From a virus (Duplodnaviria; Caudoviricetes): a DNA stretch of 26,276 nucleotides. Position 1 is the first letter of the stretch, and every line of letters begins with the position of its first letter. Positions 9,752-17,798 of this stretch are shown here, piece after piece. The notes beneath the pieces are model-generated. The model saw nothing but the letters and a program-made list of their open reading frames with translations, had not been told where the DNA came from and did no database searches. The stretch lies in IMG/VR virus record IMGVR_UViG_3300046779_000442, positions 1-26,276 of that record, one strand, 5' to 3'. Both the position numbers and the translations under genes were made by a program.

Positions 9752-10479
9752 TATTCATACTTGCGACGCTCCCACACGTCTTTCTGATATACCCCACCAT
9801 TTGGTACACGGTATTTCTCAGAATTTTCCATATTCTTTTTACGAAGAGTTTCCTGATCTGTGACTAGCTCTACTTCTGAGGTCCAGCTCTCTCTTTTAAA
9901 TGGGATTATTTGTGCATATGGAGTTCCTGCTGGAAGAATGCCAGTCCATCCTGATGCCACAAAGAATGGCATTGTTCCTGGCAAGTTTACCTTATCGTTA
10001 TCAATAATTCCTGCTGTAGTTAAGAACGGAAGCTCAAACCTATTCAGTGGCTGAGTATAGATAGCACTGTACCCTTCTGGCAACTCTACTGCCCAATCTG
10101 ACCACCAGGCAAAGTGTACTTCTTCATAGCCATGTGGAACTGGAAATTGTGGCATAGGGGATCTTGGCTGGACAAAATGAACATACTTAGGATCATCAAC
10201 CTTTACCGAAAGAACACCAGAATCAGAGATGTAGAACTCAATATCGCATGGTGTCTTGTAGACATATCCGCTGCCCATAATATCATAGATTGCTGGGCAG
10301 GCTTTCCAAGTAGGAACTTTGCCACCATCTGGACCAATCCAATGTTCTCCGTCTGGTCTTTGTGCAAACCTGTCTGCATTTCTATACCAGTCTGGAATAG
10401 TCTTTAAAATTGGTGTTGGTCTGGATACGCTATCTTCTGTTAGCCAGGATCTGTTTGAAACAAACTTTATAGACTGCAT
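9751..10479 (-). CDS. DUF6065-like protein (dUTPase-like beta fold suspected)
   Basis: TWKACPAIYD...GYVYKTPCDIEF...PEGYSAIYTQPLNR...GIIDND...LPAGTPYAQIIPFKR; the AGTPxAxIIP motif is shared with the neighbouring gene. Family recognised from memory. Confidence 0.6.
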   Translation of the reverse strand: MQSIKFVSNRSWLTEDSVSRPTPILKTIPDWYRNADRFAQRPDGEHWIGPDGGKVPTWKACPAIYDIMGSGYVYKTPCDIEFYISDSGVLSVKVDDPKYVHFVQPRSPMPQFPVPHGYEEVHFAWWSDWAVELPEGYSAIYTQPLNRFELPFLTTAGIIDNDKVNLPGTMPFFVASGWTGILPAGTPYAQIIPFKRESWTSEVELVTDQETLRKKNMENSEKYRVPNGGVYQKDVWERRKYE

Positions 10480-11186
10480 TACTGCTCCTTAGTAGTTTTT
10501 AAAATAATTTTCTTTGCTTCGTGCTTACCAACAGTAGCACCAAGATGATCTTTTGCGTCTCTATAGAAGTGTGTCCACTCACCACGAGAATTCATTTCTT
10601 GTGCAGCATCTCCACGTGCAGACATATACCTGTTATAGCTTTCATTATAAATTTCTGATGATGGTCTGATTACCATCTCAAAAGACTGAATGTCGATTAG
10701 CGATATTGGTATAATTGCAGCAATTGGTGTTCCTGCAGGAATAACAATTTCTTCATTAGCCTTTGTTACCATCCATGCTACTGGAAGCTCTCCTGGCAAA
10801 ACAGATGTGCTTGTTAGAGTTGTCATACACTGAGCACCGTCAATAAACTGATTTGGAACAGGCATTGTCAACAACGTTACGTTTTCATCTGACTTAAATG
10901 TTAGCCCAGTACTAAAGCTAACTGTTCTGTTACCACGATATGTATGCACATAACTGTTTCCAGAAAGTACCTTTATGTGGTCAGCAGTTGAATCATTAAC
11001 GCCATCCCAAATAAATCTAATATCTTCATTAAATGAGATTCCCCAGCCAAGTCGATTTGCTAAAGAAATAGGAAAGCAATGATACGCATGTCTATCAAAG
11101 GTTATGTCCATCCAGTCACGCTTCATTCCAATTTGATCTAGAACTGCTGCGTTACCGTTGTTTTGGTATACGTTAATGATTGACAT
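10479..11186 (-). CDS. DUF6065-like protein
   Basis: RDWMD...HAYHCFPISLANRLGWGI...PVPNQFIDG...IPAGTPIAAIIPI; TAATG stop/start overlaps at both ends. Confidence 0.7.
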   Translation of the reverse strand: MSIINVYQNNGNAAVLDQIGMKRDWMDITFDRHAYHCFPISLANRLGWGISFNEDIRFIWDGVNDSTADHIKVLSGNSYVHTYRGNRTVSFSTGLTFKSDENVTLLTMPVPNQFIDGAQCMTTLTSTSVLPGELPVAWMVTKANEEIVIPAGTPIAAIIPISLIDIQSFEMVIRPSSEIYNESYNRYMSARGDAAQEMNSRGEWTHFYRDAKDHLGATVGKHEAKKIILKTTKEQ

Positions 11187-11881
11187 TAGTCACCAGTTTC
11201 TTGGTAGAAGCCTTCTCTGTGGTACTTTGCTGAGTAATCAAGCATAGTAACAATGGAGTATTTGGTTCCTGAGTGTACTGGCATTGCTCTGTGAGGATAC
11301 ATAAAGTTAGAAGGGAAAAGATACAGGTCTCCTGCCTTTGGCTTAATGTTTAGATTCTGCAATCTAAAGAAAAGCTCTCCACCCTCATAATCGTCGTTTG
11401 GATATGATACTGCTGATAGGATACAGTTGTATGAGTAGCCATTGTCGTGGTGCTCCTGGAAGTGCTGACCTGGACCGTACTTAATAAAGTTCATGGCTTC
11501 CCAATAACGAAGCTCTCCGATGTTGTATGTCTTGCAGTAGTGCCTAACAGCTTGAAGTTGTCTAAAGTATACCTCGTCCCAAAGTTTCTGCAACTTAAGT
11601 GATGCCTCTGACTGGTCTTCAGCAATATCTGTCTTTTTAAACTTAAAGTCTTGGCAGTCACGGTACTCTGGCATCCTCATGCCGTACCCTACCTTTGCTT
11701 CACTATAGGTATACCCATTAGTTGGATCGTTTAGAACACCCTCTAGTCTTGAGATAATCTCCATATTTTTTGGAAGAACGTCACGGTATACAAGAATACC
11801 GTTTCCAAAATCTTCTACAGAAGACCATGTTTGCTCTTCAATTTCGTAATACTTTTGAATTCGTTCGTGAATGTTTTCCAT
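11186..11881 (-). CDS. 2OG-Fe(II) oxygenase, prolyl-4-hydroxylase-like (Lys type)
   Basis: KYGPGQHFQEHHD...YPNDDYEGGELFF...KPKAGDLYLFPSNFMYPHRAMPVHSGTKY. Confidence 0.9.
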   Translation of the reverse strand: MENIHERIQKYYEIEEQTWSSVEDFGNGILVYRDVLPKNMEIISRLEGVLNDPTNGYTYSEAKVGYGMRMPEYRDCQDFKFKKTDIAEDQSEASLKLQKLWDEVYFRQLQAVRHYCKTYNIGELRYWEAMNFIKYGPGQHFQEHHDNGYSYNCILSAVSYPNDDYEGGELFFRLQNLNIKPKAGDLYLFPSNFMYPHRAMPVHSGTKYSIVTMLDYSAKYHREGFYQETGD

Positions 11882-11890
11882 TGCTATTCC

Positions 11891-12622
11891 TTAATATGAT
11901 AGTTCGTTGTCTGATTCTCGGTAATTGTAGTTTCTCAAGTTACCTCTTGAGTTATAGTCTGTCATTACTACAATGGCATACTTTGTGCCAGAGATCATGT
12001 CTTGTGATGCATGTTCGTACACGTATGTTGATGGGAACACGATAACGTCACCAGCCTGTGGCTTGATAGTTAGATCGAATCTTGGGAAATAGATTTCTCC
12101 ACCCTCATAGTCATCATTAATATATGCTACTACAGATACCGTGGTAACATAAGCTGGACCATGGTCTGCATGAATCTTAAAGTGCGTTCCTGGTCCATCA
12201 TACTTGACAAAGTTAAATGCCTCAAAGTACTGGATACCAACGCCCCAAGATGTTGAGTAATGGTTTGTACAGTTTTTAATCTTCTGAAAAGCGTTTTCAT
12301 GCATTTCATACAGTGCAGAATTCTGCTCATTAACTGGTCCCAGAGATCCTCTACGAATCTTAAAGTCTAGACAGTTTCTAGCCGAAGATACGACTTCGTC
12401 AGATTCTGTAACCATAGCACCAGCCCAGCTATACTGAGTTTGACCATTTAGGGTATTCTCTAGAACAGAAATATAGTTTTCGCCATCGCTCTTTGGTATA
12501 GCGTTGCGGTAGATATTGATACCAAGTGCAGGATTGATAACAGTAATACCGTTGCCAATCTCTTGATCTGGCTTCCTATTCTTGTCTGTTTCGCTTCTAT
12601 CTAATTCAAACCAATTTGTCAT
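11891..12622 (-). CDS. 2OG-Fe(II) oxygenase, prolyl-4-hydroxylase-like (Lys type)
   Basis: KYDGPGTHFKIHAD...YINDDYEGGEIYF...KPQAGDVIVFPSTYVYEH...SGTKY. Confidence 0.9.
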   Translation of the reverse strand: MTNWFELDRSETDKNRKPDQEIGNGITVINPALGINIYRNAIPKSDGENYISVLENTLNGQTQYSWAGAMVTESDEVVSSARNCLDFKIRRGSLGPVNEQNSALYEMHENAFQKIKNCTNHYSTSWGVGIQYFEAFNFVKYDGPGTHFKIHADHGPAYVTTVSVVAYINDDYEGGEIYFPRFDLTIKPQAGDVIVFPSTYVYEHASQDMISGTKYAIVVMTDYNSRGNLRNYNYRESDNELSY

Positions 12623-12628
12623 GCATCA

Positions 12629-12637
12629 ATTATAACA
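12629..12637 (-). promoter_or_regulatory. Extended -10 box, leaderless-type start for unit 12622-9751
   Basis: TGTTATAAT-tgatgc-ATG. The 13-mer TTATGTTATAATT is repeated exactly at 15270-15258. Confidence 0.7.
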
Positions 12638-12644
12638 TAACCAA

Positions 12645-13412
12645 TTAGCATGGGCAACCCTTGGTGCATTCTGGGCAGAATGATGGACCAAAGCTTGGGA
12701 AGAATGGTGGGAAGTAAGGTGGGAAGTATGGGAAAAACGGTGGGAAGTATGGAAAAAACGGTGGGAAGTAAGGTCCAAAGCTTGGGAAGAATGGGAAGAA
12801 CGGTGGGAAAAATGGAGCCTGTGTTGTAACGCTATTGGAATTTGCAGAATAGACACCATTACCGTTAGCATTTTCAGCACGGACCTGATATGTTTGAGCA
12901 GTATTAGCCTCTTGAGTAACAACAACTGAAGTGGATGTTGTTGTTCCAGTCTTACCGTCAGAGGATGTCCATCGGTACTGGCTAATAGCCTTTCCACCAT
13001 TGCTAGGAATGTTCCACGATACAGTATCCTGGTTTACTCCTGCTGTAGCGGTTGGGGCAGAAATGGTTGCTGGTACTGTTGTGGCAGTTACAGACGCTGA
13101 AGCTGTTGAAGCTGCTGAGGTACCAAATGCGTTTGTAGCAGTAACAGTAAAAGTATAAGAGGTGTTGCTAGACAATCCACCTACAACAATTGGAGATGAT
13201 GATCCAGTTGCTGTGTGGTTTCCAGAAGATGTTACAGTAAAGGATGTTGCAGCACCAGAGCCTGCTGGCAGAGAAAATGCTACAGAAACAGCACCATCAT
13301 TAAAGGCACGGTTAGTTCCAACATCAGTTCCAACAACGTTAATTGGTGCTAGTGGTGGAATAAAGTCATTCTGTGCTAGTGACTTTCTACCTGCTCTTTT
13401 ATTCTGTGCCAT
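12645..13412 (-). CDS. Two-FN3-domain virion protein with a C-terminal Pro/Phe/Tyr repeat tail and a terminal CxxCxxxCxC
   Basis: FN3 signatures VGGLSSNTSYTFTVTATNAFGTS and VSWNIPSNGGKAISQY...YQVRAENANGNG; tail PFFPPFFPFFPSFGPYFPP...CPECTKGCPC; AGGAAGG upstream of the ATG. Confidence 0.85.
   Translation of the reverse strand: MAQNKRAGRKSLAQNDFIPPLAPINVVGTDVGTNRAFNDGAVSVAFSLPAGSGAATSFTVTSSGNHTATGSSSPIVVGGLSSNTSYTFTVTATNAFGTSAASTASASVTATTVPATISAPTATAGVNQDTVSWNIPSNGGKAISQYRWTSSDGKTGTTTSTSVVVTQEANTAQTYQVRAENANGNGVYSANSNSVTTQAPFFPPFFPFFPSFGPYFPPFFPYFPPFFPYFPPYFPPFFPSFGPSFCPECTKGCPC
12678..12815 (-). repeat. Coding tandem repeat for a 46-aa tract (18 Pro, 19 Phe, 4 Tyr, 3 Ser, 2 Gly)
   Basis: 21-nt period GGTGGGAAGTATGG(G/A)AAAAAC at 12718 and 12739, partial at 12760; CCAAAGCTTGGGAAGAATGG at 12688 and 12775 (plus-strand reading). 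Confidence 0.95.
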
Positions 13413-13425
13413 TTTTCATACCTTC

Positions 13426-15216
13426 CTATGCGGTCAAGTCTCCGTAAACAACCCAAGTGTTTGCAGCCCTCTTAAATAGGGTAGCTGAAGACCACTGAGT
13501 ACGCAGCTTAAGACCTGGAGTAGCGTTTACCGTAACTCCACCTGCTCCTGCAATTGTAACTTGACCAGATCCTGTCTGTAGGATATCTAGAGATGTTCCA
13601 ACTGGGAAATTAAGTGTTCCATCAGCTGGGATTGTTACTGTTGTTGCAGAGCTAGAGCTAACTTCAATTAGAGAGTCTCTCTCAGTCAATGCACCAAGAG
13701 TATAAGATGCTGTCTTTGCAATAATTGGTGTTAGAGATGGTACACCCTGCTTAGTTTGAGATCCATCAGAGAACACAACACCAGAAACCTCAACATTGTT
13801 AACTGCGATATCGTCAAGTGATCCTTGACCAAAGTTAACCGTAGTAGTTGGCTCGTCTGTCACACCCTTGAAAAGCTTCCACTTTCCAGCAGAAGCATCA
13901 CGGACGATGCCTGAGTGTTGATATGTACCGTCATTAAAGTTTCCAACAATACCGATGTCAACTAGGTTTCCAGTGTTTCCCTCACCAATATAAATTAGAG
14001 GGTCTGAAACTACCAGATCCTGTGCAGATACTGTGGTAGTTGTTCCTGTTACAGTTAGGTTACCATCTACAATTAGGTCTGTTTCTACAGTTACATCTCC
14101 AGTAAAGGTTGCACCAGAAAGGCTTGCTTTTGCATCTAGTGCAGTTTGCGTAGCTGAAGAGATTGGCTTATCAGCGTCAGATGTATTATCTACGTTGCCA
14201 AGACCTACGTGTGTCTTAGTTACACCAGACACAGTTCCTGTAAATGTTGGATTAGCTATTGGTGCCTTAGCATCTAGCTGGGTCTGAACAGCTGATGTAA
14301 CCCCATCGAGGTAGGCTATCTCAGTTGCAGACACATTGCCGATGGTTGTTGTAGATGGCAAAGACACGTTTCCAGTAAGGCTTGCGTTATTAATAGGGGC
14401 ATATGTTGTTGCTGCTGTTGCGGATGCAAGCTTTGCGTCTAGCTGAGTCTGGATGCTTCCAGTAACACCATTTAGGGCTAGAATTTCAGCAGCTGAGACA
14501 TCTCCAATATTTGTAGTTGTTGGTAGAACTACGTTACCAGAGAATGTTGGGCTAGCCACATCTGCCTTAGATGTTTCGTGGGTAGTTACTGTGTTGTATG
14601 CATATGTAGCGTCTGACTCAATGTCATTAAGCTGAGTTTGGATTGCTGAAGTTACGCCATCCAGGTATGAAATCTCAGTTCCAGTTACGCTTCCGATACT
14701 AGTTGTTGATGGCAAAACGATATTACCAGTAAATTCACTATCTGCCAAGATACCTGTAGATACATCAGATATAGCAATTGACAATGCTTCTGATGTAATC
14801 AGGTGTGACAACTCTGACCAGTTCTTGTCACCCATACCGATCTTTATCTGATCGTTGGTTGAGTTATATGCAACAGTTCCCACTGGAATGTCTGTAGTAT
14901 ATGCAGTCCACTCTGAATCTGTCTTTGACAGCAAACCAGCTTTTGCAGCTAGAGAGTTTGTTACAGTTGTTGCAAAGTTTTCGTTGTCCCCCAGAGCAGC
15001 AGCAAGTTCATTTAGGGTATCTAGTGCTCCTGGAGCACCTGCGACAATGGCATCTAGGTTGGTGAAGTATGGCAAAGCAGTCCAAGCACTTGAGCCATCA
15101 CCAATCTTAAACTTGCTGGTGTCTGTCTCAAATCCAATTTCTCCAGCTGCAAGCACTGGGTTAGCAGTAGTCCACTGGGAGGCTGTTCCTCTTCGTTGCT
15201 GCATTCTTGTTGCCAT
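13426..15216 (-). CDS. Tail-fibre-like protein with an Mtd/hyaluronidase-type N-terminal domain, internal repeats and a C-terminal 'GDLxA' domain
   Basis: N-terminus QQRRGTASQWTTANPVLAAGEIGFETDTSKFKIGDG; fibre motifs APGALDTLNELAAAL and VGLGNVDNTSDADKP; three repeats of (F/L)(T/S)GNxxLPxTTxIGxVxxxEIxxLxGVTxxxQTQL; AGGAG RBS. Confidence 0.85.
   Translation of the reverse strand: MATRMQQRRGTASQWTTANPVLAAGEIGFETDTSKFKIGDGSSAWTALPYFTNLDAIVAGAPGALDTLNELAAALGDNENFATTVTNSLAAKAGLLSKTDSEWTAYTTDIPVGTVAYNSTNDQIKIGMGDKNWSELSHLITSEALSIAISDVSTGILADSEFTGNIVLPSTTSIGSVTGTEISYLDGVTSAIQTQLNDIESDATYAYNTVTTHETSKADVASPTFSGNVVLPTTTNIGDVSAAEILALNGVTGSIQTQLDAKLASATAATTYAPINNASLTGNVSLPSTTTIGNVSATEIAYLDGVTSAVQTQLDAKAPIANPTFTGTVSGVTKTHVGLGNVDNTSDADKPISSATQTALDAKASLSGATFTGDVTVETDLIVDGNLTVTGTTTTVSAQDLVVSDPLIYIGEGNTGNLVDIGIVGNFNDGTYQHSGIVRDASAGKWKLFKGVTDEPTTTVNFGQGSLDDIAVNNVEVSGVVFSDGSQTKQGVPSLTPIIAKTASYTLGALTERDSLIEVSSSSATTVTIPADGTLNFPVGTSLDILQTGSGQVTIAGAGGVTVNATPGLKLRTQWSSATLFKRAANTWVVYGDLTA
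14266..14739 (-). repeat. Three diverged ~40-aa coding repeats in the fibre shaft
   Basis: FTGNIVLPSTTSIGSVTGTEISYLDGVTSAIQTQL / FSGNVVLPTTTNIGDVSAAEILALNGVTGSIQTQL / LTGNVSLPSTTTIGNVSATEIAYLDGVTSAVQTQL. Confidence 0.9.
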
Positions 15217-15267
15217 AGTTAAATTCTCCTAATGGGGTTTACCCACACTTCTATACTAATTATAACA
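15217..15267 (-). promoter_or_regulatory. Extended -10 promoter with a short leader, small hairpin and RBS for the fibre gene
   Basis: TGTTATAAT (15267-15259), then TGGG-TAAAC-CCCA, then AGGAG and ATG 15216. Confidence 0.65.
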
Positions 15268-15273
15268 TAATTA

Positions 15274-15654
15274 TTAAACTGAGCCTGCATCAAGCGAGTA
15301 CTCAAACTCTTCGTTATATGGTCCTCCACCGTCAACAGTGCTTTCAAATACAGACTGTGCTGGAATGCCTCCGTCTGGATATGAGGTTATTTGTCCAACA
15401 ACAAACCAGACACCACCATAATAAATTTTTAGCTGTTCGCTATCCATGTCAAGCCATACCGCTCCTTGGGGTGGAGAGCTTGGCGGTATGTAATCTGCAA
15501 AGGTTTCTCTACCTGCTAGAGCATCGACATAGCCTTTAGTTGTTGCATGTTCTGAAGAGGTAGGAGTGCCAACAACGACTGGTCCACCAAATGAACCACC
15601 ATCTGCGACCTGGATTCCATTTTTTACTTTGAAATCTTTGCTTGCTGTTGACAC
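15274..15654 (-). CDS. Small virion/fibre-associated protein (GTG start)
   Basis: KDFKVKNGIQV N-terminus resembles that of the upstream gene (KDFRIKAGLVV); fibre motif HATTKGYVD; segment PPQGAVWLDMDSEQLKIYYGGVW; acidic DGG repeats at the C-terminus. Confidence 0.7.
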   Translation of the reverse strand: MSTASKDFKVKNGIQVADGGSFGGPVVVGTPTSSEHATTKGYVDALAGRETFADYIPPSSPPQGAVWLDMDSEQLKIYYGGVWFVVGQITSYPDGGIPAQSVFESTVDGGGPYNEEFEYSLDAGSV

Positions 15655-15677
15655 TTCCTACCTTCTTACTTTATCTA

Positions 15678-17096
15678 CTATACCAGAAGTGTTCCCACTA
15701 CAGATACGTTAGTTGATGGAAACAGTGTTGTGACTCTAACACGAACATCTGATCCAGATACATCAGCAGATACGACTGCCAGCTCACTATCTGTGTAGAC
15801 AATTCCGAACTCAGTAATTGCTACATTGTCTGCTGAGTCTAGGCTTATCAAAACTTCAGACACCTGAGAGTGTGAAGCGGTGTTTGCCTTTACCAGTAGC
15901 TTTGCTGACTTGTATTCCGACTTTAGCCAAGTAATTGCATTTACAGTAGATATCATTGATACAGATGATGTTGCCACTACCTGCTTGGCAATTGAATTAA
16001 GGTCGACTGTTGTAAAGGTTGGTGCTGTGTTCTGAAGTGCGTCGATCGCTCTCTGCTCTGTAAAATACAGGTTGCTACCTTCTGTAATGTCATCTGTGTC
16101 TAGAGCAGCAATTGCACTTGCAGTAGTTCCTGCTGGCTCGTAGTTAGATGCAAGACCATCTGCATAGTCTTCTGCTGCAGCTTGTGCTGATGCTGCTGCA
16201 CCTGCTACATCGTATGCAGAAGCGGTAGCCGATAGTGCTGCTGTACTAAAGTCAGAAATGTCTGTTGACGCTAGACCAGTAACAGAAATTGTGTCGCTAA
16301 CAATGCTGATGTTTGCTCCAGCAGTAAGCTCATTCTGCTTACCTGCAAGAGCAGTAGTCATTGTAGTTGCATAGTTTGCGTCATCGTTAATTGCTGCTGC
16401 AATCTCGTTAAGGGTATCTAGAAGACCTGGAGCACCGTCAACGAGGTTGTCAACTGCAGTGTTTACATAGGACTCCGTTGCATATCCAGAAAGGTCTGCT
16501 GACTTCAAATAGCCATAGCCATCAATTGTTTCATCGAGGTCTATTGTCTTTGTGTAGTCGCCAAGCTTTGTATCTGTGTAAGCATTTGCATCGCTTTCTG
16601 CCAAACCAATCTCAGTGCTTGTCTTGTATGCTGACCAAACCTCTGTAGAAGAGTTTGAGGCATCGTTGATAAGTCCATCTGCATAGTCTTCTGCTGCTGC
16701 TTGAGCTGCTGCTGCGGATCCTGCTGGGTCATAATTTACAGCAAGACCATCTGCATAATCTTCTGCTGCTGCTTGCGCTGTTGCAGCAGATCCTGCTGGG
16801 TCATATGCTGAAGCGGTAGCGTCAAGTGCTCTCTGGTTTGTAAAGTACTTATTAGTAGCACCTTCTTCGATGTCGTCTGTATCTAGCGCATCGATTGCTG
16901 TCGAAACTGCAGTGTTAATGTCTCCACCAACTGCGTCGATTGCTCTTTGGTTGGTAAAGTACAGATTTGTACTACCTTCTTGTAGGTCGTCTGTGCTACT
17001 ACCAGTTGTGATGATGTCTTCACCATTAACAGTAGCGTTAGCACCTTCAACTACAAGACCTGCTTTAATTCTAAAGTCTTTGTTTACTGTTGCCAT
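15678..17096 (-). CDS. Fibre-like structural protein with Ala-rich repeats
   Basis: Three TDD(L/I)xEGxx(x)xYFTxQRA repeats, three YDxAGxAAxAQAAAEDYADGL repeats and the motif APGLLDTLNEIAAAI; AAGGAG RBS. Confidence 0.8.
   Translation of the reverse strand: MATVNKDFRIKAGLVVEGANATVNGEDIITTGSSTDDLQEGSTNLYFTNQRAIDAVGGDINTAVSTAIDALDTDDIEEGATNKYFTNQRALDATASAYDPAGSAATAQAAAEDYADGLAVNYDPAGSAAAAQAAAEDYADGLINDASNSSTEVWSAYKTSTEIGLAESDANAYTDTKLGDYTKTIDLDETIDGYGYLKSADLSGYATESYVNTAVDNLVDGAPGLLDTLNEIAAAINDDANYATTMTTALAGKQNELTAGANISIVSDTISVTGLASTDISDFSTAALSATASAYDVAGAAASAQAAAEDYADGLASNYEPAGTTASAIAALDTDDITEGSNLYFTEQRAIDALQNTAPTFTTVDLNSIAKQVVATSSVSMISTVNAITWLKSEYKSAKLLVKANTASHSQVSEVLISLDSADNVAITEFGIVYTDSELAVVSADVSGSDVRVRVTTLFPSTNVSVVGTLLV
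16675..16806 (-). repeat. 72-nt-period coding direct repeat (third diverged copy near 16156)
   Basis: CCATCTGCATA(G/A)TCTTCTGCTGCTGCTTG...GATCCTGCTGGGTCATA at 16675 and 16747. Confidence 0.9.
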
Positions 17097-17110
17097 TTTA
17101 TTCTCCTTAG

Positions 17111-17548
17111 TTATGCCTTAAGTCCCATACGAGCAAATCGTACGGTGACTGGCTTAATTTGACCAGGTGTTACAATTAGTGAAACTGTATTTCCTGATCG
17201 AGAGACGCTAATGGTGCCCATATTCCCATCGTTGTCCATTGTGCCATACTCTGTAACGTTTATGTCTGTTCCGTCAAAAAGTATGGAAATCTCTGTGGCG
17301 TAGAACTGATTTGTTGATGTTTTGGAAATTGTAACCATATACTTTACAAATCTCCAAACTGTGCAGTCATAAGAATCTACAGTTGTTTGATTCTCAATAC
17401 CGCTTACCGAACTCTCGTTATTTCCAGAAGTACCAAGATCTGTTGCTTGCTGAACAAGTGTGTCAATTAGGTCAATATAGTCTGCCTGAGATGGTCTATC
17501 TCCAGATTCAAACTTAGATTTTACTTGAGCAAGGGTTGTTCGTGCCAT
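17111..17548 (-). CDS. Virion structural protein (~145 aa) sharing a C-terminal beta domain with 15678-17096
   Basis: Start reassigned to ATG 17548, 7 nt after TGATATAAT. Contains KSKFESGDRPSQADYIDLIDT; the segment WRFVKYMVTI...TEISI...VTEYG parallels YKSAKLLVKA...SEVLI...ITEFG in the next gene. Confidence 0.75.
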   Translation of the reverse strand: MARTTLAQVKSKFESGDRPSQADYIDLIDTLVQQATDLGTSGNNESSVSGIENQTTVDSYDCTVWRFVKYMVTISKTSTNQFYATEISILFDGTDINVTEYGTMDNDGNMGTISVSRSGNTVSLIVTPGQIKPVTVRFARMGLKA

Positions 17549-17570
17549 AATAACTATTATATCAGTTATC

Positions 17571-17798
17571 TTAAAGAATATAGTTATTAATACCAATGAC
17601 AGCTATGCCGATTGGTGCTGGATTGTTTTCGCTAAACGAAGAAAATCTTCCTTGAAAAAACTTTACCCTAAATGGCAGGTTTTCTTCAATCTTTGCTTTT
17701 GGTAGCTGTTGGGAAATCTTTACAGTTTTTGGATATGCTACCTGAGACACCCTTTTTGTTATTGGGTAGTTGACTGCTTTCATAGTAGCCTTTGCCAC
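17571..17798 (-). CDS. Small basic hypothetical protein (75 aa)
   Basis: GTG start overlaps the upstream TAG, with GAGG upstream; C-terminus PAPIGIAVIGINNYIL. Confidence 0.7.
   Translation of the reverse strand: MAKATMKAVNYPITKRVSQVAYPKTVKISQQLPKAKIEENLPFRVKFFQGRFSSFSENNPAPIGIAVIGINNYIL

Noticed and set aside
7099-12622. Oxygenases as DNA-modifying (TET/JBP, AlkB) enzymes
   Set aside because: Motifs match the P4H-like YLNDDYEGGEL class, and no methyltransferase, glycosyltransferase or nucleotide-kinase genes lie nearby. Not favoured, though not formally excluded.
12678-12815. CRISPR-like array
   Set aside because: Repeats are contiguous, in-frame coding units with no unique spacers.
12626-13000. 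His/Ser-rich alternative-frame ORF over the P/F repeat; possible frameshift product
   Set aside because: Shifted Pro/Phe/Tyr codons naturally read as His/Ser without stops. No canonical slippery heptamer in the right frame and no RBS were seen.
13426-15216. Diversity-generating retroelement suggested by the Mtd-like N-terminus
   Set aside because: Only the N-terminal anchor domain is Mtd-like. No reverse transcriptase, C-type lectin variable region or adenine-specific TR/VR pair is visible in the window.
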